This document shows, piece by piece, positions 21,830-32,488 of a DNA stretch of 64,000 nt (the stretch's first letter is position 1; the number at the start of each line of letters is the position of its first letter). The notes beneath the pieces were generated by a model. That model was not told where the DNA came from. It saw nothing but the letters and a program-made list of their open reading frames with translations, and did not search any database. The stretch spans positions 1 to 64,000 of the forward strand of contig OZ025662.1 in assembly GCA_964019335.1 (NCBI GenBank), given 5' to 3'. A program made the translations under genes and the position numbers. Origin of the DNA: Diplonema japonicum (taxonomy: Eukaryota > Protista > Euglenozoa: Diplonemea).

Positions 21830-21968
21830 GTTGATTTACCTTTCATGGTGTAGCACACAAACATGTGTCCGATGACCACAACAGGCAACTTAAAATGCAA
21901 CAGAAAAACAACTGAACTAAATGAAACATTGACATGTAAATAATAACTAAATAGTGCACAACAAACGC

Positions 21969-24900
21969 CTAGGCACCCTGAGGAGATGGGAAGGCCTCTT
22001 CGATAGGATTAGTCCCCCCTTCAGGGCTAGTCATTCCCTCGGTAGGTACAGTGGCTCGGCTATTCGTCATATCGATGCTAACGGTTGACGGGGCCTCGTA
22101 AGGGGGCTCTTTTTTACTCTGACAGTTGCGGTAAAGCAACCAGGCAACAACACCCACGCACCACAGAAAGAGGAGGATAGGGATGATGATGACCTCCAAG
22201 CCGACAGACGATGATTCCGTATTAGGAGTCGTTGTGGGCGGCTGAGTCACTACTGGGACAGGGTTATAGTAAGGGCGGAGGCGGGGATGGTCAAGCGGGG
22301 CAGAGAAAGCTGTAAACACCCCACAGTTTGGAGCGGTACCTGTGGACAGCGTTGTAGTTGGGTCCAATGCTTCTTGCAGGTATTCAACTGACTTGTCACT
22401 GGCACCAGTGAACCGGAAAACAACGATTGTCCTCAAGTTAGTGTTGCAGGGCGGAGTAGGTGGATTATATGTTCCAAGCTCCGTGTCTTCCTTCACGGAT
22501 AAAAGCTCTATGCTGCTCGAAGGCACGCCAGCCCAGCTGGAAACATCAAGCCTCCACTGCTCACGATCAAAGCTTTCAACTGCCGTCTCGTAGATTGCCA
22601 CAAGCGCTGTGCTCTCCTCTGCACTGCTCTCATAAAGGTTCAGACTGCGCACTGTGCCTATCTCATTGTACTCATAACCATTCTGCGGTGTGAACGCAAT
22701 TGAGAACCCTATATCGAGGGGACGCGTTGTCCCTGCTACCATGTTGCTCACCACCACTACCAAATCCACAAATGCAGCAGTGCCTTGCGTAGTAAGAGGC
22801 GCTGTCGTGGTCCCCGACAAACTTACACTGCTGTCAAGGCTTTTTGCTGTGATAGATGGCACAAGGTCTCTCGGTGCAGTTTTCAGGTTTTCGACACTGA
22901 TGGCATTGAGCCTGACCGTAAAGGCAGTCATCACACTGTTTGCAGGTTCCCATTCCCTGGTCTCCCCAGGGGCGGGGTGCAGCTCCAGTTGGTACACAGG
23001 TAGGTTGTAGGCTGGGTTAGACTGAAACAGAGGCACCGTGTCAGGAACGCCGATTGGAGGTGTGATAATACCCCCAACGGGGCTGTCTTGTGCTACTGGT
23101 TGCACCCCCCCTGCGTCAGGAGCCAGTTGTAGTGTGGGTGGAGCCGAACAAGGGTCAATATTGCACTCACGAGACATTTGTGTCGCAGGGCAGGCCGCGC
23201 CCACCCCCGTGGGAAGAACCAAAATATCACGTTTGCGAAGCTGAATGCCTCCATCACATGGGGCACTGCAAGCCCCCCATTGAGACCATGCAGACACCAC
23301 ACAGTCAGACCCGCATGAAGAGAGGTTGCACGGTTCTGTTTCGTAAAGTTTAGATGGGCATAATGCCCCAAGCCCGAGGCTGTGTTGGGTGATAGATCTC
23401 GTTCTCGTTCGGATCCCTCCACCGCAGCTGATGGAGCAACCCGACCATGGTCCCCATGGAGTGAACTCGCAGTCTTTATTACAGTGGTGCGTGTTGCAGA
23501 CCCTCTCTTCTGTTACGGGCCCGCAAGCTGCACCACCGTTTATTGGACTCCTCAAGATCAGTCGCTGCCGCTGCTGTCTCCCTCCGCCACACACATTGGT
23601 GCACAGCGTCCACGGTCCCCATTCCCCTAGCTCACAGTCCCACACACACGGCAGCTTCACTGTCACTCTTGTGATAAAAACAGTTGCGTATTGCCCCGAC
23701 CCAAAAGTGCCACCATACGGGGTTCCATCTGGCCGGACATTTTGTGATTTCCCCAAGCCGGTTGGGATGGACTGCCCGCCAGTGAGGGAGCCGCTGCCCA
23801 CCCCTGATACAACTGCTAGTGGGCGCATCCTCACGAAAAAATTACTGGACGCAACAGGCGACGTACACGACACCGTTGTATGGGCGCCGCCTGCGTACTG
23901 CGTGCCTTGGGTGTCTGTGTGGTCGTACACCCCGCACTCCCACCACGGCCCGTCACCGAATTTAGACACCTCAACAACAATCCGTACACACGGCGTGTTA
24001 AATATCAGGTTGCAGGAGCTCCCGACGGAGCCACCGGACATGTCAACATGCACCTGGTCACCCACCTTCACACTCACGTTGGAGTCAGAAAAATAGAATA
24101 CAGCATTGGTAGCTACCCCAGGCTTCAGTGCAGCACAGCCTGCAATAACAGAAGGGGAATTCGACCCATTTAGGTACAACTGGGGCTCCTTGATGGCTGA
24201 GTACGTGCCGCACGTCCAGTCACCAGGGGATCCTGCAGTGGAACCGTCACCCTCTATAACGTGGGAACACAACGCGTCGCAAGCATATCTGTTGCATTCC
24301 GCGTACTCCACCTGATCAAAATCACTGCAGGGTCTGCCACCGTATCGTGAAGACTCGACGACGGTGCGGTACCTCGTTGAGCGGCCGTTGGTGCCACATG
24401 ACTCGTTGCATGCCGACCACGGGCTCCATGTAGTGAGGAGGCAGTCGAAGGGGCAGAATGATGGGTCGCGCTGGCAGTTTGAGGCATCAACTTGAGGCGG
24501 AAGGTCTTCCACAGGAACTGCTTTAGAATCATAGGGTGCAGAGTACGGGTGCTTTGTGGTGGGGTAGAAGTTCGGAGGTAAGCCCTGGTATGGGATGGTC
24601 TCTGTGATGACTGGTGTGATAGTTGCCGTGTTGGGGAACATGACAGTGACAGCACCCTCTACCAAAGGGCTGCTGACGTTCACCCCTATGCCTTGGGTTT
24701 GCGTGCACATGATCTCGACAATAACTTTGTCCGGGATCTCCATGTAAGGCGAAGTGATGAACGACAGCTGATCAAACGTAGCAACGCCCCTGTCCATGAG
24801 TACAGTGGGCGACCTTCCGAGCGTAGCATTCTGACTGGTGAGAGTGCATGACATCTGTGGCCCTGTTGCAACGGAGGTGGTTCCCGTATATATCAACTGC

Positions 24901-25484
24901 ACGATAAGAGGGCCAAAAAGAACGCCGGCACGCACCGTAAGCACGTCAGAAGGGCCAGAGATGAGGGAGTCACCGTACTGAAGGACAGGAGGGTATGTAG
25001 CCTTATCGGCCCACACTACGGACAGGTCGGTAGTTCCAACAGAAGTGTTGAGGTCCAGGGGTGGGTTCGGGGCGGTGGGAGCCGTGGAGTAAGGGTGCAG
25101 GTCCGAACAGGGCACCCACCACGCCTGCTTGGTGGTCGTTAGTGTGGGGTACATGCCTGCACATCCACCTATGCACAATGTGTTGGCCGAGCTGCCATCT
25201 TCTCCACCGCTCCAGTGGTCCCACAGCACGAGTGCACTATCCCCATTCCCGCATACTGCAATGCCTTGCATACCGTTGAACACTACACTGCCCCCTTCCA
25301 CCACATCGCCCACTGCTAACCCCCATCCGCACGCTGTGCCCGCCACTACTGTCCCATCGCACGGCAACGGTGTGCATGCAGCACCCCATGCAAGGACTTT
25401 GACCTCAGAAGAGCACCAGCTCTGCAGATGCGTCGCTCCTACCGAAGCTGCAAGCACCAGGCCTACTGCCACACGGCACGCCAT
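21969..25484 (-). CDS. Type I membrane protein with four thrombospondin type-1 repeats
   Basis: Signal peptide. Four WxxWxxC...CGxG..R.R repeats (e.g. WSPWSACNESCG, WGPWSGCSISCGGG). TM VIIIPILLFLWCVGVVAWLLY and a short cytoplasmic tail. Confidence 0.9.
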   Translation of the reverse strand: MACRVAVGLVLAASVGATHLQSWCSSEVKVLAWGAACTPLPCDGTVVAGTACGWGLAVGDVVEGGSVVFNGMQGIAVCGNGDSALVLWDHWSGGEDGSSANTLCIGGCAGMYPTLTTTKQAWWVPCSDLHPYSTAPTAPNPPLDLNTSVGTTDLSVVWADKATYPPVLQYGDSLISGPSDVLTVRAGVLFGPLIVQLIYTGTTSVATGPQMSCTLTSQNATLGRSPTVLMDRGVATFDQLSFITSPYMEIPDKVIVEIMCTQTQGIGVNVSSPLVEGAVTVMFPNTATITPVITETIPYQGLPPNFYPTTKHPYSAPYDSKAVPVEDLPPQVDASNCQRDPSFCPFDCLLTTWSPWSACNESCGTNGRSTRYRTVVESSRYGGRPCSDFDQVEYAECNRYACDALCSHVIEGDGSTAGSPGDWTCGTYSAIKEPQLYLNGSNSPSVIAGCAALKPGVATNAVFYFSDSNVSVKVGDQVHVDMSGGSVGSSCNLIFNTPCVRIVVEVSKFGDGPWWECGVYDHTDTQGTQYAGGAHTTVSCTSPVASSNFFVRMRPLAVVSGVGSGSLTGGQSIPTGLGKSQNVRPDGTPYGGTFGSGQYATVFITRVTVKLPCVWDCELGEWGPWTLCTNVCGGGRQQRQRLILRSPINGGAACGPVTEERVCNTHHCNKDCEFTPWGPWSGCSISCGGGIRTRTRSITQHSLGLGALCPSKLYETEPCNLSSCGSDCVVSAWSQWGACSAPCDGGIQLRKRDILVLPTGVGAACPATQMSRECNIDPCSAPPTLQLAPDAGGVQPVAQDSPVGGIITPPIGVPDTVPLFQSNPAYNLPVYQLELHPAPGETREWEPANSVMTAFTVRLNAISVENLKTAPRDLVPSITAKSLDSSVSLSGTTTAPLTTQGTAAFVDLVVVVSNMVAGTTRPLDIGFSIAFTPQNGYEYNEIGTVRSLNLYESSAEESTALVAIYETAVESFDREQWRLDVSSWAGVPSSSIELLSVKEDTELGTYNPPTPPCNTNLRTIVVFRFTGASDKSVEYLQEALDPTTTLSTGTAPNCGVFTAFSAPLDHPRLRPYYNPVPVVTQPPTTTPNTESSSVGLEVIIIPILLFLWCVGVVAWLLYRNCQSKKEPPYEAPSTVSIDMTNSRATVPTEGMTSPEGGTNPIEEAFPSPQGA

Positions 25485-25781
25485 CTCCTAGGCCTGCGAG
25501 AGGATGCAATGAAACAAGAGCTTAAACAAAGAATATAAACGAGAAAAAATAAAAAAAGAGAAATAAAAAAGAGGAAAAAAATCAAAAAAAAAAAAAAAAC
25601 AAGAAAAATCAAAAAAGAAGAAGGAAAGAAAACTGCGTTGCACACGCAAAGAGGAAGAGAAAAAAAAAAAGAAAACACAAAGGGAAAAAAATGGTGGGAT
25701 AATAAAGTGTATGTATTTGCTTGTGCATGGTTTGTAGCCATGACGGGCAAACTTCATATCCCTGTTTTTTTGAATCTATTT

Positions 25782-26140
25782 TTAGTTGGGGATGGACCAG
25801 CCAGCGGGCATGCCCTTCACGGTCTCGGAGCCCTCCCAGTCGGGCTCGTCCTTGGCCACAAGCTCGACGTAGGCCTTCATGGCATCTTCCTTGCTCATCC
25901 CCTTGCGGCTGTCCCAGGCATCCCACTTGGCCCTGGCCTCGACCTGCACAGCCCACGGCTGCGACCCGGTAACGTCACCCTGGGTAGCCTGCTTGTACAA
26001 TCCGTAGAAGCTGAGCTTGGTCTCGTTGCTGCTGTCCTGTGATATTATTTTTTTTCTTTGCAATTCGCTAGTTTCTCGACACATACCCTGGGAGGGCCGT
26101 TCCTGATCAGGTACACTGCCTTGGTGAACTGGTCGGTCAT
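25782..26140 (-). CDS. ACBP: Acyl-CoA-binding protein (102 aa, 2 exons)
   Basis: Motifs FYGLYKQATQGD, KWDAW, GMSKEDAMKAYV. A 50-nt intron (26037-26086) links to exon 1, MTDQFTKAVYLIRNGPPR. Confidence 0.93.
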
Positions 26141-26431
26141 TTTAGCGAAAGAAAGAGTTTTGGCTGAGGTAGGTTCTTTAAGATGCGGGACATTAAAGGG
26201 GAGAGAAATGAAATAAAAAGAAAGCTATCGAGCACTCCTTTGAGCAAAAAGGGGCATTTGAAAAACAAAAACAAAAATGTGAAACGCGAAACAAGATTTA
26301 AGGATCTCTTTTTTTTTTTCTTTTCTTTTTTTTTTTTTTTTTTTTAACGTCAATCGTACATTTGAAGACAAGATAATGAAAATAAAAAAAACACTGTTTG
26401 AGCGTCTGGATGATAACCATGTGCGATTGTA

Positions 26432-28742
26432 TCAGTCGTGCATTAGGGTGTGGCTCGGCATCTGGATCGGGGTCCCTGGGGGACTAGCCTCCTGTTTGTC
26501 GTCACGCTCCTGCTGCGGGAGCTCCGTGTAGTGGATGTGGCCGTAAGTGCTGACGAAAACCATTATGAGGCCAACGAGATGCAGCAGTGTAAAGGTCTTC
26601 GGAAAGAATGCGTACGAGAAGATCACCGTGAACACCTTACGGACGGAGGTAGTGAGCACTGCCATGGTGGAGTCGAACTCTTGCACGATCTGCACGATAT
26701 ACTTCGTACCGATGTACGTGCACGCCGCATAGGCCAGCACTAAGGTCGGGAACCTCCACTCCCTTTGTAGGAAGATCCACGATGTTGACAAAGACCCTGA
26801 CTGCAGCAGCGCCAGGAACGATACAGGCACCGTGAGCCCCGAGAGGTACATAATGAGTTCATGCTTGTCGGCTTTGTATTTCGAGAATATCACTCCTTCT
26901 TCAAGGGTATACACTGTGGCATCACAGCCCAGTGCGATCAAAATTGACAGCAAACCCGCCCAATAGTTCATCCCGAGATCTTGCTTCTGCCCAGCACCAG
27001 CAGTCACGAACACTGCTAAGCCGCAAGACAGTGTTCCTGCGCAGAGCCATTCGGCGGCACTCGGCCGTCTCTTCCAAGGCAGCAACAGCACCCGCCACAC
27101 CATTAGCCACGGGAGCTTCGACGACTTGAAGACAACCTGCGTGGTGTAGTCCAGCAGCTTGGACGCCTTATGCGTGCAGATCCCACCCGTCGTCACTAAG
27201 ACAGCCAACAGGAAGTAAACGGCCAAGGGGCAGCGCCTCTCAAGCTTCTTGTGGGCTGGCGACTGCGCCCCGTCCAGAGGGTTCGTGGATCCCTTCCGGA
27301 GGTCAAAGAAACTAAAACCAAACATCATAACTGCTTGCAAGAATGTCAGCAGGTACTCGTGCGAGAACTCTGGGAGGTTGAAGACTTTCTCTTGCAAGAG
27401 AGAAGCCAGACAGAAGAAGAAGATGGCCGCGGCACCCGTCTTTATGAGGGCAGCCTTATCTTGGATTACCGTGACGTAAGTCCTCAGACCTTGGTAGAGC
27501 ATCAAGCATGCCGTGAACATAAGGATTCCTGCACACGCCGATTTCCTGATTACCTCTGATGTGAAGGCCATTAGACGGCTCCCAGTGAAGGCACCAATGA
27601 CAGTGCCCGTAACGAGTCCCGGGGCTAGCTTGAGAGCTACGTTACCGTTCAAGTGGTGTGTGTAGCAGGTCGTAAGGGAGGTAGGGATCATGGACAGCAA
27701 AGAGGTTGTGGTGATAACTTGCCAAGGGAAAACACCTGACAGAGACATCAGGGGGACCACTACAGAGCCCCCCGCGATGCCCAACAAGCCTGAGCATGTC
27801 CCTGCAATGACAGCTATCCCAAAATGGAAGGCAGCGTTGCCGGCATCCACAGCAACAAGTGATGCGAAGGTCTCGGCGACTATGGACTTGGCCCGTGTTG
27901 CTTTTATCCTTTCATTCCAGTGCTGCACTGGTGTCAAAGATTGGTATACTGTCTCCATCGACGACCCCCTGTCCAGCACCCTGATCCAGATGGTCCCTTT
28001 TACCTCCCCCTGGTACCGCATGGGGGTATACCACCCTTCCTCAAAGCCCTGTGGAGTCCCTTCCGTTCCTTTGATTACCTGACGCAAGCCTCCCGTGAAG
28101 CGTGCCGTACGGAACACCAAGGCACCTTCGACGCTCTCGATCTCGTAGACGAGCGGCTTGCCGTGCAACTTGTATGTCCAGTGCCCCTCGACACCTGTAG
28201 GGGAGTACATGAGGCCCCACACTATCTGAAGTGCACAGACGAGAAGGGCAACAGCGAAAATCTGCTTGAGCAGCGCTGGTGATATGTTGTTTGACATCTT
28301 CGCCGAGAAATATCTGTTGTATGTTACGTGAGGTGCTTAGTGTATACCCAAACACAGGTGCGACAAGGGCAAGCACCGCAATAGGGATGACGGGAATGTT
28401 CAGAGATGAAGCCGAGAAGAAGGCCGTCAAGCCACCCACCGTCAATGTCGTCAGCCCACACAAAATGGATGTCCCAACACATTTCTTATGTCCGAGCCCT
28501 AGAAGCCATGCTAAGAGTGGCACGCAGAATGGCCCGCCACCTACTCCCGCCATTGACCCCAGGAACCCAGTCAGTAAGCCCACTATCGCCGAGCCGATCT
28601 GTATTTGTTAATAGTACGCAGTACGACATACCAAATCACCGTTCTTGAGGTGGCTCAGTGGCCCGACCTCCAGTTCCTTCTTTTCCTCTTCCTGCACGGG
28701 GGGCATCTCCACACGCAAGTTCTCCATCGACGCGTTCCTCAT
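26432..28742 (-). CDS. Fusion protein: TauE/SafE (TSUP) anion exporter plus UAA-family nucleotide-sugar/PAPS transporter (747 aa, 3 exons)
   Basis: Two TauE half-repeats (GSMAGVGGGPFCVPLL; SGLLGIAGGSVVVPLM) separated by a soluble insert. Then an SLC35B-type domain (LLTFLQ, LDYTTQVVFKSSK, TTSVRKVFTVIFSYAFFPKTFT). Introns 28599-28631 and 28314-28347. The TauE/UAA junction lies inside one exon. Confidence 0.85.
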
Positions 28743-28851
28743 TGTGGTAACTAGAGGCCGCACCCCCCAACCTGAGTAGTGTAAAAGTGTAAAGACAGGA
28801 CAACAAGCTATCGAGTTATTATTGTGACTACGGCAAGCTCGTAGGGTTAAG

Positions 28852-29829
28852 CTACACCTCGTAGGGGGTCATGGGTTTGGGTGTTGGGTTGGTGATGTTG
28901 TCGTAGTCGAAGTGCGGGTCCAACGCGAAGGGTTCGATATCCTCGACCCATTTAGGTACGTCCTGGGGGGGCTGCTCTGCCTGTCTCAAGGTATCGGCAG
29001 TGAGGGGTTTAATACTCGACTCGGGACGAGACGCCTTTTGCTCGAAAGGCGAGGGTGTGTAGATATGCTCAGGGCAGGTGGGTGTGTTAAGATTCCCAAA
29101 CAGCTCAGCGTCCACGTGCTGCATCTCCTCCGTCCGGATGTCCTGCTGTGCCTTTTCGCTTGTGAAGATGTCAGCATCTGTGATGGGCTGGTTCTCGTCT
29201 TTAGTCAGCAGCATGTGGTGAAGCTTCTGCACCTCGTCGCGGTTGACTTCAGTACTTTTCGAAGGTGGTCGTGACCGCATAGTTTTGGCGTCTATTGCCC
29301 AACCGGGTGGGAGGGCGCAGGTGGCTCGTCCTAAGGTTGCTTTGCGAAACTTTCCCTCTGCTTCGTTTTGTCCTATCAAATCGGGGCGTGACGGTCTGCC
29401 TTCGGGGGGTTCTGCCGGACCCTGGACGGGGCGCACAGCAGGCTTCGCAGCAGGCTTGTTCATGTCTGTCCATTCATAGTCCGACAGGTCGGAGATGTCA
29501 TCAGGGTCGTCGGTCCCGACGAAGTTGTCGAACTGCACACGCGACTGCAGCTCACCCTCGTCAAGGATCGAGGCAGATTTCCCTCCAGCAACCGAGATCA
29601 CCTCGCACCCATCATCGTCCACGTCTGCATCCCCTCCTTCTACACTCTCCACGTGCACCTCTTCGCTCACCCGTACACTCTTCCCCACAGTTACAGCCTC
29701 TTTTGCTTTCAACACCTCTTCCCTGCTCATCGGCATCACGCTCTGTACCTTATCCACCCCAAAACTGAACTGGCCAACGAAATCTTCATAAGACTCATCC
29801 TGCAACGTGGGTGCCCATATGCCATGCAT
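28852..29829 (-). CDS. Hypothetical acidic protein (325 aa)
   Basis: Uninterrupted ORF collinear with its neighbours, with a CACCACAG acceptor-like site just upstream. Ends IEPFALDPHFDYDNI... No family recognised. Confidence 0.7.
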   Translation of the reverse strand: MHGIWAPTLQDESYEDFVGQFSFGVDKVQSVMPMSREEVLKAKEAVTVGKSVRVSEEVHVESVEGGDADVDDDGCEVISVAGGKSASILDEGELQSRVQFDNFVGTDDPDDISDLSDYEWTDMNKPAAKPAVRPVQGPAEPPEGRPSRPDLIGQNEAEGKFRKATLGRATCALPPGWAIDAKTMRSRPPSKSTEVNRDEVQKLHHMLLTKDENQPITDADIFTSEKAQQDIRTEEMQHVDAELFGNLNTPTCPEHIYTPSPFEQKASRPESSIKPLTADTLRQAEQPPQDVPKWVEDIEPFALDPHFDYDNITNPTPKPMTPYEV

Positions 29830-29889
29830 CCTCCTGTGGTGCTAGGTGTGCGTGCCATAAGGTATGTGAGATGAAATGAACGTGACTTA

Positions 29890-29957
29890 CACAAAGAAAT
29901 AAGAAAAGGGGGCAACCAGGGGCAGGGGGGCGGCAGGACTTTTCCTTTCTTTCTTTC

Positions 29958-30003
<46 letters not shown>

Positions 30004-31041
30004 CTTCAAAGCGTGGAGCCAAACCAGCGTTCCCGGGAAACCAAAAAGAGAAAAAGAAAATACATATTCTACTAAAAACAAATCTGCACACCGTCTTTTT
30101 TTTTTTTTTTTTTTTTTTTTTCTCTCCTTTTTTTTGTTTTCGACTTTTTTTCTCACTTGTGGCAACCAGCGCAAGAGACCTGAGACCCTTGCCAGGGCTC
30201 CTAGGAGGCAGGTTCACTGGCTGCCTAGACTGGGCAGCTCACTTCATGCGGCTCTATACGGTGCATGGTGAGCAGCGTGTATAGCAAGGCAGCCACTGCC
30301 AGCAGAGCACGCACCTCGTATCGACTAGACGGCAGCATGGATGGGAGACGGGGACAAAAAATTAAAAGGGGTGGAATGAGGCGGGAGGAGACAAAACTTC
30401 TTTTTTTAAAAAAAGAACCCGTTTCTTTTAAAACAGAGGAAAAAAGAGGAGAAACAATAAAATTGAGGGGGGTGGGGAGAAAAAAAAAACCCCTTTTGCA
30501 ATACTTTAAAAAAAAAAGACATTTAAAAAAAAAGAAATTCATGTTTTTTTTTTTCACTTCTTTAACTTTTATTGTGTTATGTTTTTTTTTCCCTTTTTTT
30601 TGAGCACTCCCTTGTTCGCTCTCTATCCTCCTCTTATCTTGTTCCCATTTTGCACCAACCACAAGAACCTTTCCAAGCAGGGCTTGCCTTAAGTAATTCA
30701 GCATTGCCAAGCTTTTTTGCTCGGCACACTGGTTACCAAAGGTTTGGTGTGTCAAAGGATCTAGTGCGTGCTCTATGTCCTATATGATAATTTGTGTCCC
30801 GCAGAAATGTTGGCGCAGCCCCTGAGGTGAGACAAGTCACAGCTCATTGTAGCAAGCGCACAACCCTTGGGTGGTTAAACAAAGAAATGAACAAAGAGCA
30901 GGGAAGGTTTGGAGAAGGGGAAAAAAAAAAAGTTGGCGATTTTGCAAATTGCGCAAAATCGGGGGGAGGGGGAGGGGGGGTTTGCCTGCGTAAGGTCTTT
31001 TTTCGCATTTACAGGTCATTTTGATTATTGTTTTGTTCAGG

Positions 31042-31074
<33 letters not shown>

Positions 31075-32460
31075 GGAAACCAAAAATTCTCATCCCGGCA
31101 TAGGGAATGACGGGGAACTGAGGAAAAGGTGATAGAAAGACGTAACAGAGACCAGCACAAAGAGGGAGGGGAAAGAGGAAGAAAGAAGAAAAAAAAAAAA
31201 AAAAAGAGGGGGGGGAAAAAAAAAACACATCATTACGCGTCAAAACAGGAAAAAGTAAAGTAAAAATATAAAATTCAATGGAGAAAGAAGAGTGGATATG
31301 CGGTTGTTCAGCAGGGTAGCGAATCCGAGGTGGCTGCTTGGCCCCTCTAGATGTGAGGCGATGTAGGTATTAACTAATGTCTCTTTTTTTTCTTTTTCTT
31401 TTTTTTTTCCTTTCTTCAACCGCCCTGTTGCAAAAAACGAACCCACTGTGTGGCATAAGCACAAAGCAAAAAAAAAAAAAAAAAGGAAAAGAAAAAGTGG
31501 GAAATAAATCAGTGTGATGGGAGAAGTGTTAGCAAACGACCCATCGTTAAGAAAAGAAAAAAAAGGGGGGGGAAGGAAAAAGAAAAAAAAAATGAAAATA
31601 TCTGGAGCAACTCCAGGAACCACAGTATATGGTATAATGCAGTAGGGGTCGAATCACTACGCACTACTTCTTCTTTATGTAGGTTGCTTCTTTCTTTTCC
31701 CTCTTTTTTTCCCTCTTTTTTATTCTTACCGGTTGGTGTCCCTTATCTTTTTTTTTCTATTTTTTTTTTGTTGGGTTCCTTTTTTTCCCTTTTTTTTTTT
31801 TGTCCTACATGATGTAGGTTGTTGCGAATAGAAGAAAAAGAAAATCATTGGTATGAAAAAAAAATAAAAATAAAAATAAAAAAGAACAGGCCAGATAAGG
31901 GACAAGAAAAGAAAACTGCTAAGGGGGGAAATCAATGATCGGTGGGTGGGGGGGGCTTCCAAAGAAAGGGACAGACTATCTGGAAACAAAGAAAAAAACG
32001 GCGGTCAACACCGTGGCCTGCTTGCTGACGAGAAGCGTGATGATAACACGTTCAAACCCTTCACTCCACACGAAGCAAAACCACACCACTGTTGAGCCAA
32101 GTTGAATACTTTGTACCATCACCAATTATTTCCCCCTTGCAGCTACTATTGTTATTATTATTATTATCTTCCTTTTTGATTTTAACGCTGCCTTCTGATG
32201 CCGCTACGTTTCAGCGGTTACCAGAGCAGGACCGTGTTCGTTTACTTTGCCATTGGTGAGCATTGCATGAGGCGAGACTGAGGATCGAGATGAAATAAAA
32301 CAGATTTTGCAAAAGGGGGGAGACAGAGTGATCTCCTTCAGCTTTACCTGAAAGGCGCAGTTGTTACGGGGGAGGGGCAGAGGAGGGAAGTGATTTGCTC
32401 TTTTTTTTTTTTGTTTCTTTCTTCTTTTTTTCCCCTTTTTTTTCTTCACTTTCTATCCTT
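29890..32460. repeat. Low-complexity island of A/T/G/C homopolymer runs
   Basis: Many poly-A/T runs over 15 nt and poly-G runs, interleaved with short GC-balanced patches. No credible long ORF. Confidence 0.8.
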
Positions 32461-32488
32461 CATTGTTTTCTATTTCACTTCTTGGTAC

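Noticed and set aside
21969-22140. Apicomplexan TRAP orthologue
   Set aside because: No vWA domain recognised and no subterminal Trp in the tail.
32030-32105. C/D box snoRNA starting GTGATGA
   Set aside because: No CTGA box D at a suitable distance, and it lies on the strand opposite the gene cluster.
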